64,000 nt of DNA from a virus (taxonomy: Duplodnaviria > Caudoviricetes): the IMG/VR virus record IMGVR_UViG_2816332589_000001, positions 64,001 through 128,000 of that record. One strand, 5' to 3'. A program made the position numbers and the translations under genes. Every line of letters starts with the position of its first letter. The stretch's first letter is position 1. The notes under the pieces were generated by a model that ran no database searches, was not told the DNA's origin, and saw only the letters and a list, made by a program, of their open reading frames with translations. This document shows positions 10,079 to 19,620 of this stretch, one piece after another.

Positions 10079-11637
10079 GCAGCCCACGCGGCAGGCAGGG
10101 CTTCCAGGGCCAGGCCATGATCCTCCGGCTCCTCCGTCATGGGAGGGGCCGGAGGCGTTTCCGGGGTGGGGGTGGCCTGCTCTTCGGCGTGCGCCTCAGG
10201 CTTATCGGCTACCGGCTCCGCGGGTTCGTCACCGACGGGCAGACCGGGCTGTTCCTCGACAGGAGCGGGCCCTGATGGGTCGGCAGACTCAGGTTGCTCG
10301 GGAGCCGGCGCCGGGTCAGAGGGCTCGGGCGGGGGCATGGTGGGCGTCTTCGGCTTGGCGTCCGTGTCCGTTCCGCGGTCCTCCGTAGGGGTGCCGGTGT
10401 CCGCCGGCGTGTAGGTGGAGGGCGCGGGACCGCCCGTCGGCTTCCGAGCCGGGGCGGGAGCGCTGACAACGGCAGTGGAATCGGCCTTGACCTGGGGCTC
10501 AACGCGACTGCTCTGCGGGCCGCTCGTCGCATCCACCACCACGGCGACCGCGTCGTTCGGCCCGGCGGGTGTGATGTCGAGCTGAGAGCTGGCGGCGCTG
10601 CCGAGTACCAGCTGTACCGCGCGCAGGAGCTGGACGGACTGCGCGTCATCACCCCGCACGGCGGCCTGAATCGCCTCCTCGGTGACGCCGAGCGTTCCGA
10701 AGGCGAGAGTGGCCAGCCGAGACGGCAGCGGCGCGCCGGCCCCCGTAGGCCCTGAGAACATCGCCGGGTCCGCATGGCCCCTGTGTTGGCTCTGGCTGTG
10801 CTGTTCGGCGACGACGCTGCGCTCCCACTCCGTCAGGCGCTTGTCATCGGTGCCCCACAGCACGATCCGATCGTGCTGCCGCACGTTGTGGTACAGGTCC
10901 TTGTTGCCCTCCTCGGCGGCCCAGGCCGAAGCGGACTCCTCGTCGGGAAAGACGCGGAAGCCGACTTTCTCGAAGTCGTAGGAGAACGTGAACGCGGTGG
11001 AGGTGCCGACGGACGCCTCCGAGGTCATGACCTTTCCATCGGAGTCCACGCACTTCGCCTCGTACGGCCCCATGGGGTCGCATTTCATCTGACCGCCCTT
11101 GGCGATCTTCTCGAAGTCCGGGTTCCGGTAAGTGCTCGCGGCGACCTGGTCGTCCGCGTTGACAGGCTTGTCGTTCTGGCTGACGGGCGGGGCGGCAGCC
11201 GTGGGGGGCACGGAGCTTCTGGGAGCCGGGTTCAGCCACTGGGCCAGGATCGCGCCGCCGACGAGAGCGGGCGCGGCCACCGCAGCGATCCTCGCCCAGC
11301 GCGGAGGGCGGGGCCGCCGGTGCGCACCGACTTCCTTCACCGGCGCGGGCGGGACGACGCCGGCGGCGGGCGCCGCCTCAAAGCGGGGGATGTTCTGGTG
11401 GGCGCCCAGCCGCTCGTTCATCTCGATGATGTTCCGGCAGTGCGTACGCACGAGTTCTTGAGCCTCGTAGCGCTCCAGCTCCGGGCAGACGCGCAGGATG
11501 CTCTTGACCGCGGAATCGAAGGACTGATTGGGCGAGACGAACAGGTAAGTGATGCCCTCATCGACCTTCTCGAAGGTCACGGCATCCGCACCGTGGTCTT
11601 CTTCCAGAATGCGCAGGTGGGCGGTGCTGCTGCTCAC
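10075..11637 (-). CDS. membrane-anchored protein with Pro-rich C-terminus
   Basis: One TM ([19 protein letters not shown]); third gene of the sigma operon. Confidence 0.7.
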   Translation of the reverse strand: MSSSTAHLRILEEDHGADAVTFEKVDEGITYLFVSPNQSFDSAVKSILRVCPELERYEAQELVRTHCRNIIEMNERLGAHQNIPRFEAAPAAGVVPPAPVKEVGAHRRPRPPRWARIAAVAAPALVGGAILAQWLNPAPRSSVPPTAAAPPVSQNDKPVNADDQVAASTYRNPDFEKIAKGGQMKCDPMGPYEAKCVDSDGKVMTSEASVGTSTAFTFSYDFEKVGFRVFPDEESASAWAAEEGNKDLYHNVRQHDRIVLWGTDDKRLTEWERSVVAEQHSQSQHRGHADPAMFSGPTGAGAPLPSRLATLAFGTLGVTEEAIQAAVRGDDAQSVQLLRAVQLVLGSAASSQLDITPAGPNDAVAVVVDATSGPQSSRVEPQVKADSTAVVSAPAPARKPTGGPAPSTYTPADTGTPTEDRGTDTDAKPKTPTMPPPEPSDPAPAPEQPESADPSGPAPVEEQPGLPVGDEPAEPVADKPEAHAEEQATPTPETPPAPPMTEEPEDHGLALEALPAAWAA

Positions 11638-12017
11638 TGATTGCGGTCCGGAGCGTTCTGTCGCAGCCGGGCTGCGATGCTCGCGGCGATGCCTTCGAGG
11701 CGCGCATCGTCAATGCCCTCGATGTCGGCGACGGCAAGGCGCATACCCGGGCCGGCCTTGGCCTCCCGGGTATGGATGCCGGGGTCAGCGAGGTCTTCGG
11801 CGTGGTCGGCGCTGCTTTGGGGGCGGGCGCGGCGGTCGGCCTCGCGCATCATCGCGTCGAATGCGCGTGAGCGTGCGCTTTCGCTGATGGCGGGAGTGGA
11901 CCGGAGAGCGTTCGCGGCCATCACCATGCTGGTGATCTCCGGGTTTTCAGGTTCGGCGTCGCCGGACAGGCAGCGGTCAAGCTGCACTGCTGCGGCGCTA
12001 TCCCTTCGACCCAGCAT
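11634..12017 (-). CDS. putative anti-sigma factor
   Basis: Overlaps the sigma gene; AANALRSTPAISESARSRAFDAMM recalls the RsbN N-terminus. Confidence 0.55.
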   Translation of the reverse strand: MLGRRDSAAAVQLDRCLSGDAEPENPEITSMVMAANALRSTPAISESARSRAFDAMMREADRRARPQSSADHAEDLADPGIHTREAKAGPGMRLAVADIEGIDDARLEGIAASIAARLRQNAPDRNQ

Positions 12018-12705
12018 CGTTCTTCTCCCTCAGCATCACTGGCGTGGCACGGCCATCGTCCCGCGGTCCGTCCGCGGCAGACAGCAGGTACGCCGCCAAG
12101 GTGCTGTCGCGCTCTGGCATGAGAGTGCGCAGCCGGGCGAGCGCACGGTACTGCAACACGCGAATCGTACCTACTGGCTTGCCCATAATTTCCGCCGTCT
12201 CAGCGGTTGTATGCCCAGACGTGATGCGAAGAGCCAGGACAAGCTGCTGGTCGTCCGACAGTTTGTCCAGCTTTCTCCGGATGGCTTCCCCCAGCTCGTT
12301 CCACTCGGCTCTCTCCTCGGGGCCCATCTCGGTGCTCGGGTAGTCGAGCTGCCAGAAGTCGCTGGTCGGCTTCTCGAAACCCCTGTTGCGCATCGGCCGG
12401 AAATAGTCGTTGTAGACGTTGCGGGCGATCGCGAAGACCCACGCCCGGATGCCGTGGCCGTCGTAGCTGTCGATCTTCTGCACGACCTTGACGAACGTCT
12501 CCTGGGCCAAGTCCTCGGCGGTGGAGGGGTCTTGGATGCGCGCGTTCATGAAGCGAACGATCGGCTCGTACATGACGCCGAAGACCTCAGCGAGTGCCGC
12601 CTTGTTGCTCGGGTCCTTGGCAGCGCGGGCCGCGGCGGCTTCCAGGGGGCTCCCGAACTCGCCGTCGCACGACGTGGTTTTGCTCGCGCTGGGCGTGCTG
12701 GGCAT
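11998..12705 (-). CDS. ECF sigma-70 factor, BldN/AdsA-like
   Basis: AEDLAQETF, WVFAIARN, ETAEIMGKPVGTIRVLQYRAL. Confidence 0.92.
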   Translation of the reverse strand: MPSTPSASKTTSCDGEFGSPLEAAAARAAKDPSNKAALAEVFGVMYEPIVRFMNARIQDPSTAEDLAQETFVKVVQKIDSYDGHGIRAWVFAIARNVYNDYFRPMRNRGFEKPTSDFWQLDYPSTEMGPEERAEWNELGEAIRRKLDKLSDDQQLVLALRITSGHTTAETAEIMGKPVGTIRVLQYRALARLRTLMPERDSTLAAYLLSAADGPRDDGRATPVMLREKNDAGSKG

Positions 12706-13040
12706 GTACCGCCTCACTCCGCTCTTGATCGGCCTCGGAACGACATCTTCCGACAGGGGCGAACGCGTGCGCTACTACCAAATCGCACGTGAGATCGAAA
12801 AAGTTGCGGTTGCCTCAAAAGCCCGGAATGCGACAAGTTGATCAGGTTGCTCCTGCTTACAGGTCGGGCAAACCGGGTCAGACCGTCCGTGCTGCACGCT
12901 CGTTGAACGCCGTACGGGCACAGTGCCCGTTGCCGAACCGTTACCGAGGCTCGGCCGTGTCGCACACCTTTCCCAAATCCGCCTGCTCATGCGCACCCGG
13001 TGCGCCTGGCTGACGCGGGACGTGGTGTGCACTAAGGTGT

Positions 13041-13331
13041 GTGGCCATCGCCCGGGGACGAGCAACCCGGCATCAACCAGTGAAGGGAGCGGCCGTGGAC
13101 CAGGCCCGCTTGGCAGACCGGATAAACCGGCTCCCGTACGAGCAATGGCTGCCCGCCGACGAGAGCGCCGGGATCATCGGTGTGTCCGCGCCCGAGGCGG
13201 CCAAGTTGCTGCGCGCCGGCCGCCGACACGGAATGCTGACCGTGCGCCGTGTGGACGACGGCCGCCTGCTGTTCATGCGCATCCGCCGGCGCCCTACCAC
13301 CAGGATCATCCGCACCGGTGTATCGGCATGA
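13041..13331 (+). CDS. small putative DNA-binding protein
   Basis: WLPADESAGIIGVSAPEAAKLLR HTH-like. Confidence 0.55.
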   Translation: MAIARGRATRHQPVKGAAVDQARLADRINRLPYEQWLPADESAGIIGVSAPEAAKLLRAGRRHGMLTVRRVDDGRLLFMRIRRRPTTRIIRTGVSA

Positions 13332-13711
13332 CGGCCCGCCCCAGTGACACCCTCGACATCGACGTGATCGCGCTGTACCTCTCGGGCTGGAGCTGCCACC
13401 CTCTGGACACGCTCTTCCACGAGGACGTCGAGGACCGCATCCTGAGCACCCGCGAGGCTTACGTCCGCCGTGGCCTGACGGTGGACCAGGCGCTGCGCGC
13501 CGACTTCGACCGGGCTGCGGGGCAGCAGGGCATCGACCGCGAGGAACTGGAGGCCGCCCGCGGCGCGGTCTCGCGCTTCCGCTTCGATCTCCTGCCCAGC
13601 GACCCTGACCACCCTGACGCCTTCTTCGGCTATGACCAATTCGGCCTGCCACTCTCCAACCGCGACCTCGCGGACATCTACTACGGTGAGGTGCCGGATG
13701 GTTCAGCTTGA
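13328..13711 (+). CDS. hypothetical protein
   Basis: ATGA overlap with the upstream gene; Streptomyces-like codon usage. Confidence 0.6.
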   Translation: MTARPSDTLDIDVIALYLSGWSCHPLDTLFHEDVEDRILSTREAYVRRGLTVDQALRADFDRAAGQQGIDREELEAARGAVSRFRFDLLPSDPDHPDAFFGYDQFGLPLSNRDLADIYYGEVPDGSA

Positions 13712-13716
13712 GTACG

Positions 13717-13834
13717 GTTTGATAACCGGCCCCAGGCCCGTTCTTCCCAGGTGCCCGCGCGTCAGCGCGGCCCCGGGTTCGCGCGATGAAAAGACGCAGC
13801 AGCGTGGCGGGGGGCCTGGGGCCGGTTATCAAAC
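13717..13834. repeat. perfect 23-bp inverted repeat with 72-bp spacer
   Basis: GTTTGATAACCGGCCCCAGGCCC (13717-13739) / GGGCCTGGGGCCGGTTATCAAAC (13812-13834). Confidence 0.9.
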
Positions 13835-13949
13835 TATCCTGACCAGCGGTACTACTCACGGGGGCGGAAGAACGCCGCAGGTACCGGCCTGCGGCGCAGC
13901 CTACGGGCAGGGCTCGCCCTGCCCGGTGATGCGACCCGGGAACGATTGG

Positions 13950-14495
13950 ATGGCGGAGGCAAGCATCTCGGCATGGCGCTCGCGCGCCCTCCTGAGACTG
14001 GACAGCGCGCGCAGAGCCCAACGTGCCGAAGACGTGGCGGAGATCCTTGCCGAGCTGCGCGACGTGCACGTGGCTCTCGGCGAGCGGCGTACGGGCTCGC
14101 CCGAGGAACAGCGGGAGTACCTCCTCGCCCGCAGCACCAACACCCCGCTGCCGGAGCTCCACGCCGCGGGGATCAACACCAACGACTGGCCGGCACCGCC
14201 GCACTCCTCCCCCGCCCGACCGGGCTTCGTCTCTACCTCGCGCGACACCGAGCAGAGGATCACCAGCCTCTTCGAGTCCGCCGGCCCGCTCGGCGACCTC
14301 CAGCCGCGCGGGCCGCGGTACGAGGTGCGCTACAGGCCGCAGGACCGCCAGCGCTACAAGCAGGTCCCCCTGGACTGGGCCATCTGGGACACCGAGACGG
14401 ACCTCCCGATCGCGTACCACCAGGACAAGGAGCTGGCCGAGTATCAGGCCGACAACGCGTCCGCGCGGTACGCCGAGCAACGGGAGGCCATCTGA
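13950..14495 (+). CDS. hypothetical protein
   Basis: ORF with typical codon usage; start uncertain. Confidence 0.6.
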   Translation: MAEASISAWRSRALLRLDSARRAQRAEDVAEILAELRDVHVALGERRTGSPEEQREYLLARSTNTPLPELHAAGINTNDWPAPPHSSPARPGFVSTSRDTEQRITSLFESAGPLGDLQPRGPRYEVRYRPQDRQRYKQVPLDWAIWDTETDLPIAYHQDKELAEYQADNASARYAEQREAI

Positions 14496-15165
14496 GAGCA
14501 CGTCACCGGCGCGGCGCGCCCGCCCAGGTGGCCCACCAGGGGGATGAGAAGGTCTAGTCTGTCCCCACGATTACCGTCGGCGATCATGTGCCCTCTTCTG
14601 AAGGCTCCGCCGCCGGCACACGACCACAAGACCACAACGGCAAAAGCCCCGCCGCTCGCTGCAAATAAGGCGTCCAAACCTTGCAGCAAGCACCTTGCGG
14701 GGCCGCGCCGGAGACCTAGCTAAGGATCGGTCTCGATGAGCACCAATGTACCCGCCCCCGGGTGGGATCACGCAATGAGAAGGCCCACCGGGCGGCGCGT
14801 CGTGCGCCGACTTCCGGTGGGCCTTGAGGCGTTCGTTGGTGGTTCTGGTCTTCGCTCCCCCTCGACGGAGGTCTGCCTTACGCATTCGGCGATCATGGCA
14901 TCCGCTCTGTCCGTCTCTCCCCCTTCGGAGGTCGTCGTGACCTAGTCCTACCTGGCTGTGCGCCCCGGGGCCGTTGGCAGCGGCATCCGAGCGTGCAGTC
15001 CCTCTTCGCGGCTGGCTCGTTGGCGACGAGTTGACCGCGGTGTTACTCGGCCCCTGGCGTGGGGCTGTTGGTCCCCCGCACACAAGTGCGGTTTCACCGG
15101 TTCTTCCCAGAACCCCCGTTTCCGGGGGCCTTCGTGCGCTCTCGGAACCCCAAGAGCACGGAGTC

Positions 15166-16551
15166 ATGATGCCCCATGTCGTTGCGCGCGGCCAGTCCAT
15201 CCCGCCGACGCGCCGAGAATCAGATCCGTCGAGCATCGTCGCGGCATCGTCGCGGCATCGTCGGAACATCCCCGCGAAGGTGATCGCGACCGTCACCCGC
15301 GGCCTGTCGCCCCAGATGGCCCGTCTGCTCCTGGAGGGCGACACGGAGTGCCGGTACATGGGCCGCAACGACAGCGAGGAGGGGTATCGGCTGACGATGG
15401 CGCTGGCCGTCGCCGCCTCCCAGCCCGGCCGGGCCTGGTCGCCGGCCGACTTCCACCGCGCACTGATCTACACCCCGACGGAGGCCGGTAGCTGGGCTCG
15501 CAGGCTGCGGGCGAACAAGGGGCCGGAGTACGCCGAGGGCAAGCTGACCGCGATGTTGCTCAAGGCACGCCAGCATGTCGCGGAGCGGCCTCCCATCACC
15601 TGCCGTCCCAGCGGCTGGGAGGCCGTGGCGCGGGCACGCGCGGTCGTGGACCGGATGGTGTGGCGCTGCAAAGGCGGAGGCGACACGGACCTGAAGAACC
15701 TCGCGGCGCGCCTGGAGCTGTGCGAGAAGACCGGCGGCTTCGACCATGAACTGTCCATTCGCCGACAGGCTGAGCTGATGGGGTGCGCGAAGCAGACAGC
15801 GGCCAACAGCAACAAGCGACTCAAGAAGCACGGCCTCCTGATTCGGGACGCTTCCGGCGCGGGGACTGACCACGGGTCGAGGTGGCGGCTCACGGTGGAT
15901 GAACTGTCTCTGCGCCGCTGGGCCAAGGAGAGAGAAGACGATGGTGCAGGACCAGGACACCGTCCAGCCGCAGGGACAGGGGGGGGCAGGACCAGTGTCC
16001 CAGGTGTGCACACCGACACCAGGAAGCTCGCCGGTCTCGTGTCCCACGACGCCTTCCACCGCTATGGCCACGGCACCACCGGCGCCCGGATTCTCGCCTC
16101 GCTCGACGTGACGGAGGGCAAGAGCGCCCGCGAGCTGCGCGAGGCCCTGGCGGTGCACCGCACGACCATCAGCCGACGCCTCGCCCTACTGGTGGAGGAC
16201 GGCCTGGTGGTGGAGCTGGAGGGCCTGTACTACCTGGCGAAGCCCCTTGCGGGGCCCGCCGGTGAGCTGGAGGCGGACGCGGCACTGCTCGACGCCTCCG
16301 CCGAGCGGAGGGGCACGGCCGGCGCGGGCGAACGGCGCCGCCAGAGGCACGCTCGCGACCGGGTCACCTACCAGCGGTGGCGGGCGGAGAAGAAGCAGCG
16401 GCGCGAGCGCGAGCGCGAGCCCCTGCGCCTGGTGCCTGAGGGAGTGGTGAACGAGGAGACCGGCGAGATCATCGACCCGGAATGGCGAGGATGGGACGTG
16501 TCGGACCCGTTCCGGCCCGTACCGCTGCCGCAATGGGCGGCGACGGCGTGA
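15166..16551 (+). CDS. putative plasmid-type replication initiator with two HTH motifs
   Basis: LSIRRQAELMGCAKQTA and KSARELREALAVHRTTISRRL HTHs; long non-coding region upstream; start and function uncertain. Confidence 0.55.
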   Translation: MMPHVVARGQSIPPTRRESDPSSIVAASSRHRRNIPAKVIATVTRGLSPQMARLLLEGDTECRYMGRNDSEEGYRLTMALAVAASQPGRAWSPADFHRALIYTPTEAGSWARRLRANKGPEYAEGKLTAMLLKARQHVAERPPITCRPSGWEAVARARAVVDRMVWRCKGGGDTDLKNLAARLELCEKTGGFDHELSIRRQAELMGCAKQTAANSNKRLKKHGLLIRDASGAGTDHGSRWRLTVDELSLRRWAKEREDDGAGPGHRPAAGTGGGRTSVPGVHTDTRKLAGLVSHDAFHRYGHGTTGARILASLDVTEGKSARELREALAVHRTTISRRLALLVEDGLVVELEGLYYLAKPLAGPAGELEADAALLDASAERRGTAGAGERRRQRHARDRVTYQRWRAEKKQRREREREPLRLVPEGVVNEETGEIIDPEWRGWDVSDPFRPVPLPQWAATA

Positions 16552-16579
16552 TGAAGGTGTTCACCGTGGGAACACCCGC

Positions 16580-17080
16580 TTAGCGGCGTACGGCGGCCCA
16601 CGTCTGGTGCACGCCGTTCTCGAAGTGCGTGCCATAGTCCGCAGCGATCGCCTTCACCAGGTGCAGCCCGATCGTGATGTCGGCCGCAACTTGGGGAAGT
16701 TGGTGCTCATGCTCAACGCTGAGGAAGACGTGCTCCGCGTCCACCCACACCGCGCACACCAGCGAATCGCCCTCAGTGAGGGGGTAGGTGATCGTCGTGA
16801 TCTCCGAGAGGCAGGTCTCCACCCGCCGGACGACAGCTTCCGACGCGCTGTCAGCGGTCAGCATGAGCCGGAGCATGGTGCGAGCCACCTCGCGCACCTT
16901 GTACACAGCGGTGCCGGTGGCCGGGACGGTGAAGCGAGAGCGTCGGGTGATGGCGAGGCCGTTTGGCAGAGAGGGCTTCTTGGGGAAAGCGTGGCGGCTG
17001 AAGCGCAGTGAGAGCGTCAGCGCGCTGTGGGCGTCGCTCGAAGCTGCATGGGTCGGAGCCCAGGGCTCCGGAGTGCTCAT
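16580..17080 (-). CDS. degenerate HATPase_c / RsbW-like protein
   Basis: VREVART..CLSEITT..GLHLVKAIAADYG..TWA; divergent from an XRE regulator as is common in Streptomyces. Confidence 0.6.
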   Translation of the reverse strand: MSTPEPWAPTHAASSDAHSALTLSLRFSRHAFPKKPSLPNGLAITRRSRFTVPATGTAVYKVREVARTMLRLMLTADSASEAVVRRVETCLSEITTITYPLTEGDSLVCAVWVDAEHVFLSVEHEHQLPQVAADITIGLHLVKAIAADYGTHFENGVHQTWAAVRR

Positions 17081-17339
17081 CACTCTAAGTTCCGCTCCAT
17101 TCGCAACCAGGGGCTTACAACCGCGCCGCACAGGAGAAGTCCCTGGCTGGCTTCCCCGAACACGCCGAGGAAGCGATGGAACGTTGCTGCCGGAGACCGG
17201 CGAGCCGATCACAGGCGTGCCTCCTTCGATGTGCGACGCAGCGTGTTCGACCGATCGCCCTCTTTCGGCCATGAACCTAAGCATCCGGTCCGGCGAGCGT
17301 CAACTATTGTTTAGGCAGACCGAGAGGAAGCAGCGCGCC

Positions 17340-17828
17340 GTGGCTCATAGAGACGAGATACCGGACACCGGGGTGTCGGCCCAGTCCCCCGTGCCCGTAC
17401 CGGGCCCCGGAGCGTCGTTCGCCGACCGCCTGAATTACCTGTTCGACCGGGTGCGCTCGCCGGGGGCCGACGAGTTCAGCAACGCGCACGTCGCCCGCAC
17501 GATCGCCGCCTACGGCGAGGAGAACCGCTGTACTGGCGCCTACCTGAGCAAGTTGCGCAAGGGCGAGTCCCAGCCGACCGTCGGGATCGTGAAGGTGATC
17601 GCCCGCTTCTTCGGCGTGAAGGCCAGCTACTTCCTCGACGACGAGGAGCGGGAGAAGGTCACCGCGCAGTTCGAGCTGCTGCGGAAGCTGAGCGATGCGG
17701 GCGTGACCGGTGTCGCCCTGCGCGCCATCGGCCTGTCGCCGAAGAGCCTGGGCGAAGTGGTGAAGAAGATCGACGCCGTACGCAAGCAGGAGGGCCTGCC
17801 GCCCGCGCCCGAGGAGCCCCTGCCGTGA
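17340..17828 (+). CDS. XRE/EspR-like HTH regulator
   Basis: SFADRLNYLF..YLSKLRKG..IARFFGVKASYF. Confidence 0.88.
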   Translation: MAHRDEIPDTGVSAQSPVPVPGPGASFADRLNYLFDRVRSPGADEFSNAHVARTIAAYGEENRCTGAYLSKLRKGESQPTVGIVKVIARFFGVKASYFLDDEEREKVTAQFELLRKLSDAGVTGVALRAIGLSPKSLGEVVKKIDAVRKQEGLPPAPEEPLP

Positions 17829-18388
17829 CCCGCACGCCGCGCCGCCGCAAGTGGCGCCGGGCCGCCGGCCAGACCGACGAGGTCGAACAGCGCGGCCGCG
17901 CCTTCATCGAGGAGCTGGACCTGCCGCCCGTCGACAGCGTCCTGGACCTGCTGCCGTTCATGGAGGCCCGGCTCAACCGGTCGATCCGCCTCATGCCGTT
18001 CACACCCGACCCCGCCGACCCGGACGCCCTCGACGCCTCCGCGCCCTGCGGCCTGTGGCTGGCCACCGAGACGACCGACTACGTCTTCTACGACACCGGA
18101 ATCAGCCGCGCGCACGCCGAAATCATCGTCGCCCACGAGTTCGCCCACATGCTCAAGCAGCACCGCGGCAACCAGCCGCTGCTGACCGGCGACCTCGGGG
18201 GACTGATCACCGACATCGACCCGGCCACCGTCCAGCTCATCCTCGGCCGCACCCGATACACCGAACCCGACGAGTACGAGGCAGAGATGCTCGGCTCGCT
18301 GCTGGACGAACACGTCAGCAAGGCCCGCGCCGCCGCCTCCCGCACCGCCCCGGAATCCGACCCGATAGCCCGCACGCTGCTGCGATGA
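17825..18388 (+). CDS. ImmA/IrrE-like HExxH protein
   Basis: PCGLW, IVAHEFAHM, EYEAE. Confidence 0.8.
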   Translation: MTRTPRRRKWRRAAGQTDEVEQRGRAFIEELDLPPVDSVLDLLPFMEARLNRSIRLMPFTPDPADPDALDASAPCGLWLATETTDYVFYDTGISRAHAEIIVAHEFAHMLKQHRGNQPLLTGDLGGLITDIDPATVQLILGRTRYTEPDEYEAEMLGSLLDEHVSKARAAASRTAPESDPIARTLLR

Positions 18389-18402
18389 ACGAATAAGGCT
18401 CC

Positions 18403-19620
18403 GTGAAAGACATACTCCACCCCATGTGCCTGGTGATCGCGGGCACGGGGTTCCTCTTCCTGCTCCGCGACCTCGGCAAGTCCCGTCGCGAACCTGCCCT
18501 GACCGCCCTCGCCTGCGTCTTCGGCCTGTCCGCGTTCAGCTACGCCGTCACCATCTCCTGGTCGTGGGTGCACATCGGCGGGTTCTTCGGCATCCCCAAC
18601 CTGTCCGCCCCGCTCGCCCAGGGCAGCGTGCTGCTGATGTTCGCGTGCCAGGCCACCGTCCTGGCGTACTGGACGAGGCCGCCGGCCGAAGCCCGCCGCA
18701 TCAGCCGCCGCCTGTTCACCATCGATGCCGTCGCCATCGCCAGCCTGATCACGCTGTTCACACTGCTCACCCCGGCCACGACCAGGCCCGTCGACTTCAC
18801 GCTGTACTACGCCCACGACCCGGTCTTCCAGGCGTACACCCTGCTGTACTTCGGCACCTTCACCGTCGCCCAGATCTACCTGGCGTGGGTCTGCTGGAAG
18901 TACGCCCGCCGCGCCACCACCCCGTCCATCACGGTCGGGCTGCGCATCATCGCGGTAGGCGCCGTCATCACCCTCGGCCAGAGCGGCCACCGCATCCTCG
19001 CGATGATCGGAGCCTCCGCCGGCTTCAGCGTCAAGGGCTTCGAACCGTACGCCTGGCTCTGCGGCGACCTCGGCGCCACCCTCACCCAGCTCGGCTACTT
19101 CCTGCCCATCCTCGTACGCCGCACCTCCACCGTCCGCGACTGGACGACCGCGCATCTGCGCTACCGGCGCCTGCGCCACCTGTGGGCCGCCCTCGACCAG
19201 GCCGAGCCCGGCATCACCCTGCGCCGCCCGACCCGCCACCGCGACGACCTTCTGCACGGCCGCAGCGCCGCCTTCCCCCTCCTGCGACGCCGCACCGAGA
19301 TCCGCCAGGGGCAGAAGCTGCTGCGTCGCTTTCTCGACCCCGCCGTACGGACCGCCTCCGAAGCCCGGCACACCACCGCGGGCCTGACCGGCGCCGACCT
19401 CGCGGCGGCCGTCACCGCCGACCAGATCCACGCCGCGCTCCTGCGCCACCACGCGAACGACCCCGTCGAGGCCCCGGCCGAGTACGCCGACGCACAGCTC
19501 GATCTCGCTACCACCGAAGACGAGCTGCTTCACCTGATCGCCGTCGCCGCGCACTTCACCCCGCCCCGGCTGAGCGACGCCTCCGACACTCCCAGCACCA
19601 CATCAGGAGCCCGTACGTGA
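18403..19620 (+). CDS. MAB_1171c-family (DUF6545) multi-TM protein
   Basis: About 7 TM segments plus LRHLWAAL and RRRTEIRQG motifs; canonical third gene after XRE and HExxH. Confidence 0.8.
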   Translation: MKDILHPMCLVIAGTGFLFLLRDLGKSRREPALTALACVFGLSAFSYAVTISWSWVHIGGFFGIPNLSAPLAQGSVLLMFACQATVLAYWTRPPAEARRISRRLFTIDAVAIASLITLFTLLTPATTRPVDFTLYYAHDPVFQAYTLLYFGTFTVAQIYLAWVCWKYARRATTPSITVGLRIIAVGAVITLGQSGHRILAMIGASAGFSVKGFEPYAWLCGDLGATLTQLGYFLPILVRRTSTVRDWTTAHLRYRRLRHLWAALDQAEPGITLRRPTRHRDDLLHGRSAAFPLLRRRTEIRQGQKLLRRFLDPAVRTASEARHTTAGLTGADLAAAVTADQIHAALLRHHANDPVEAPAEYADAQLDLATTEDELLHLIAVAAHFTPPRLSDASDTPSTTSGART

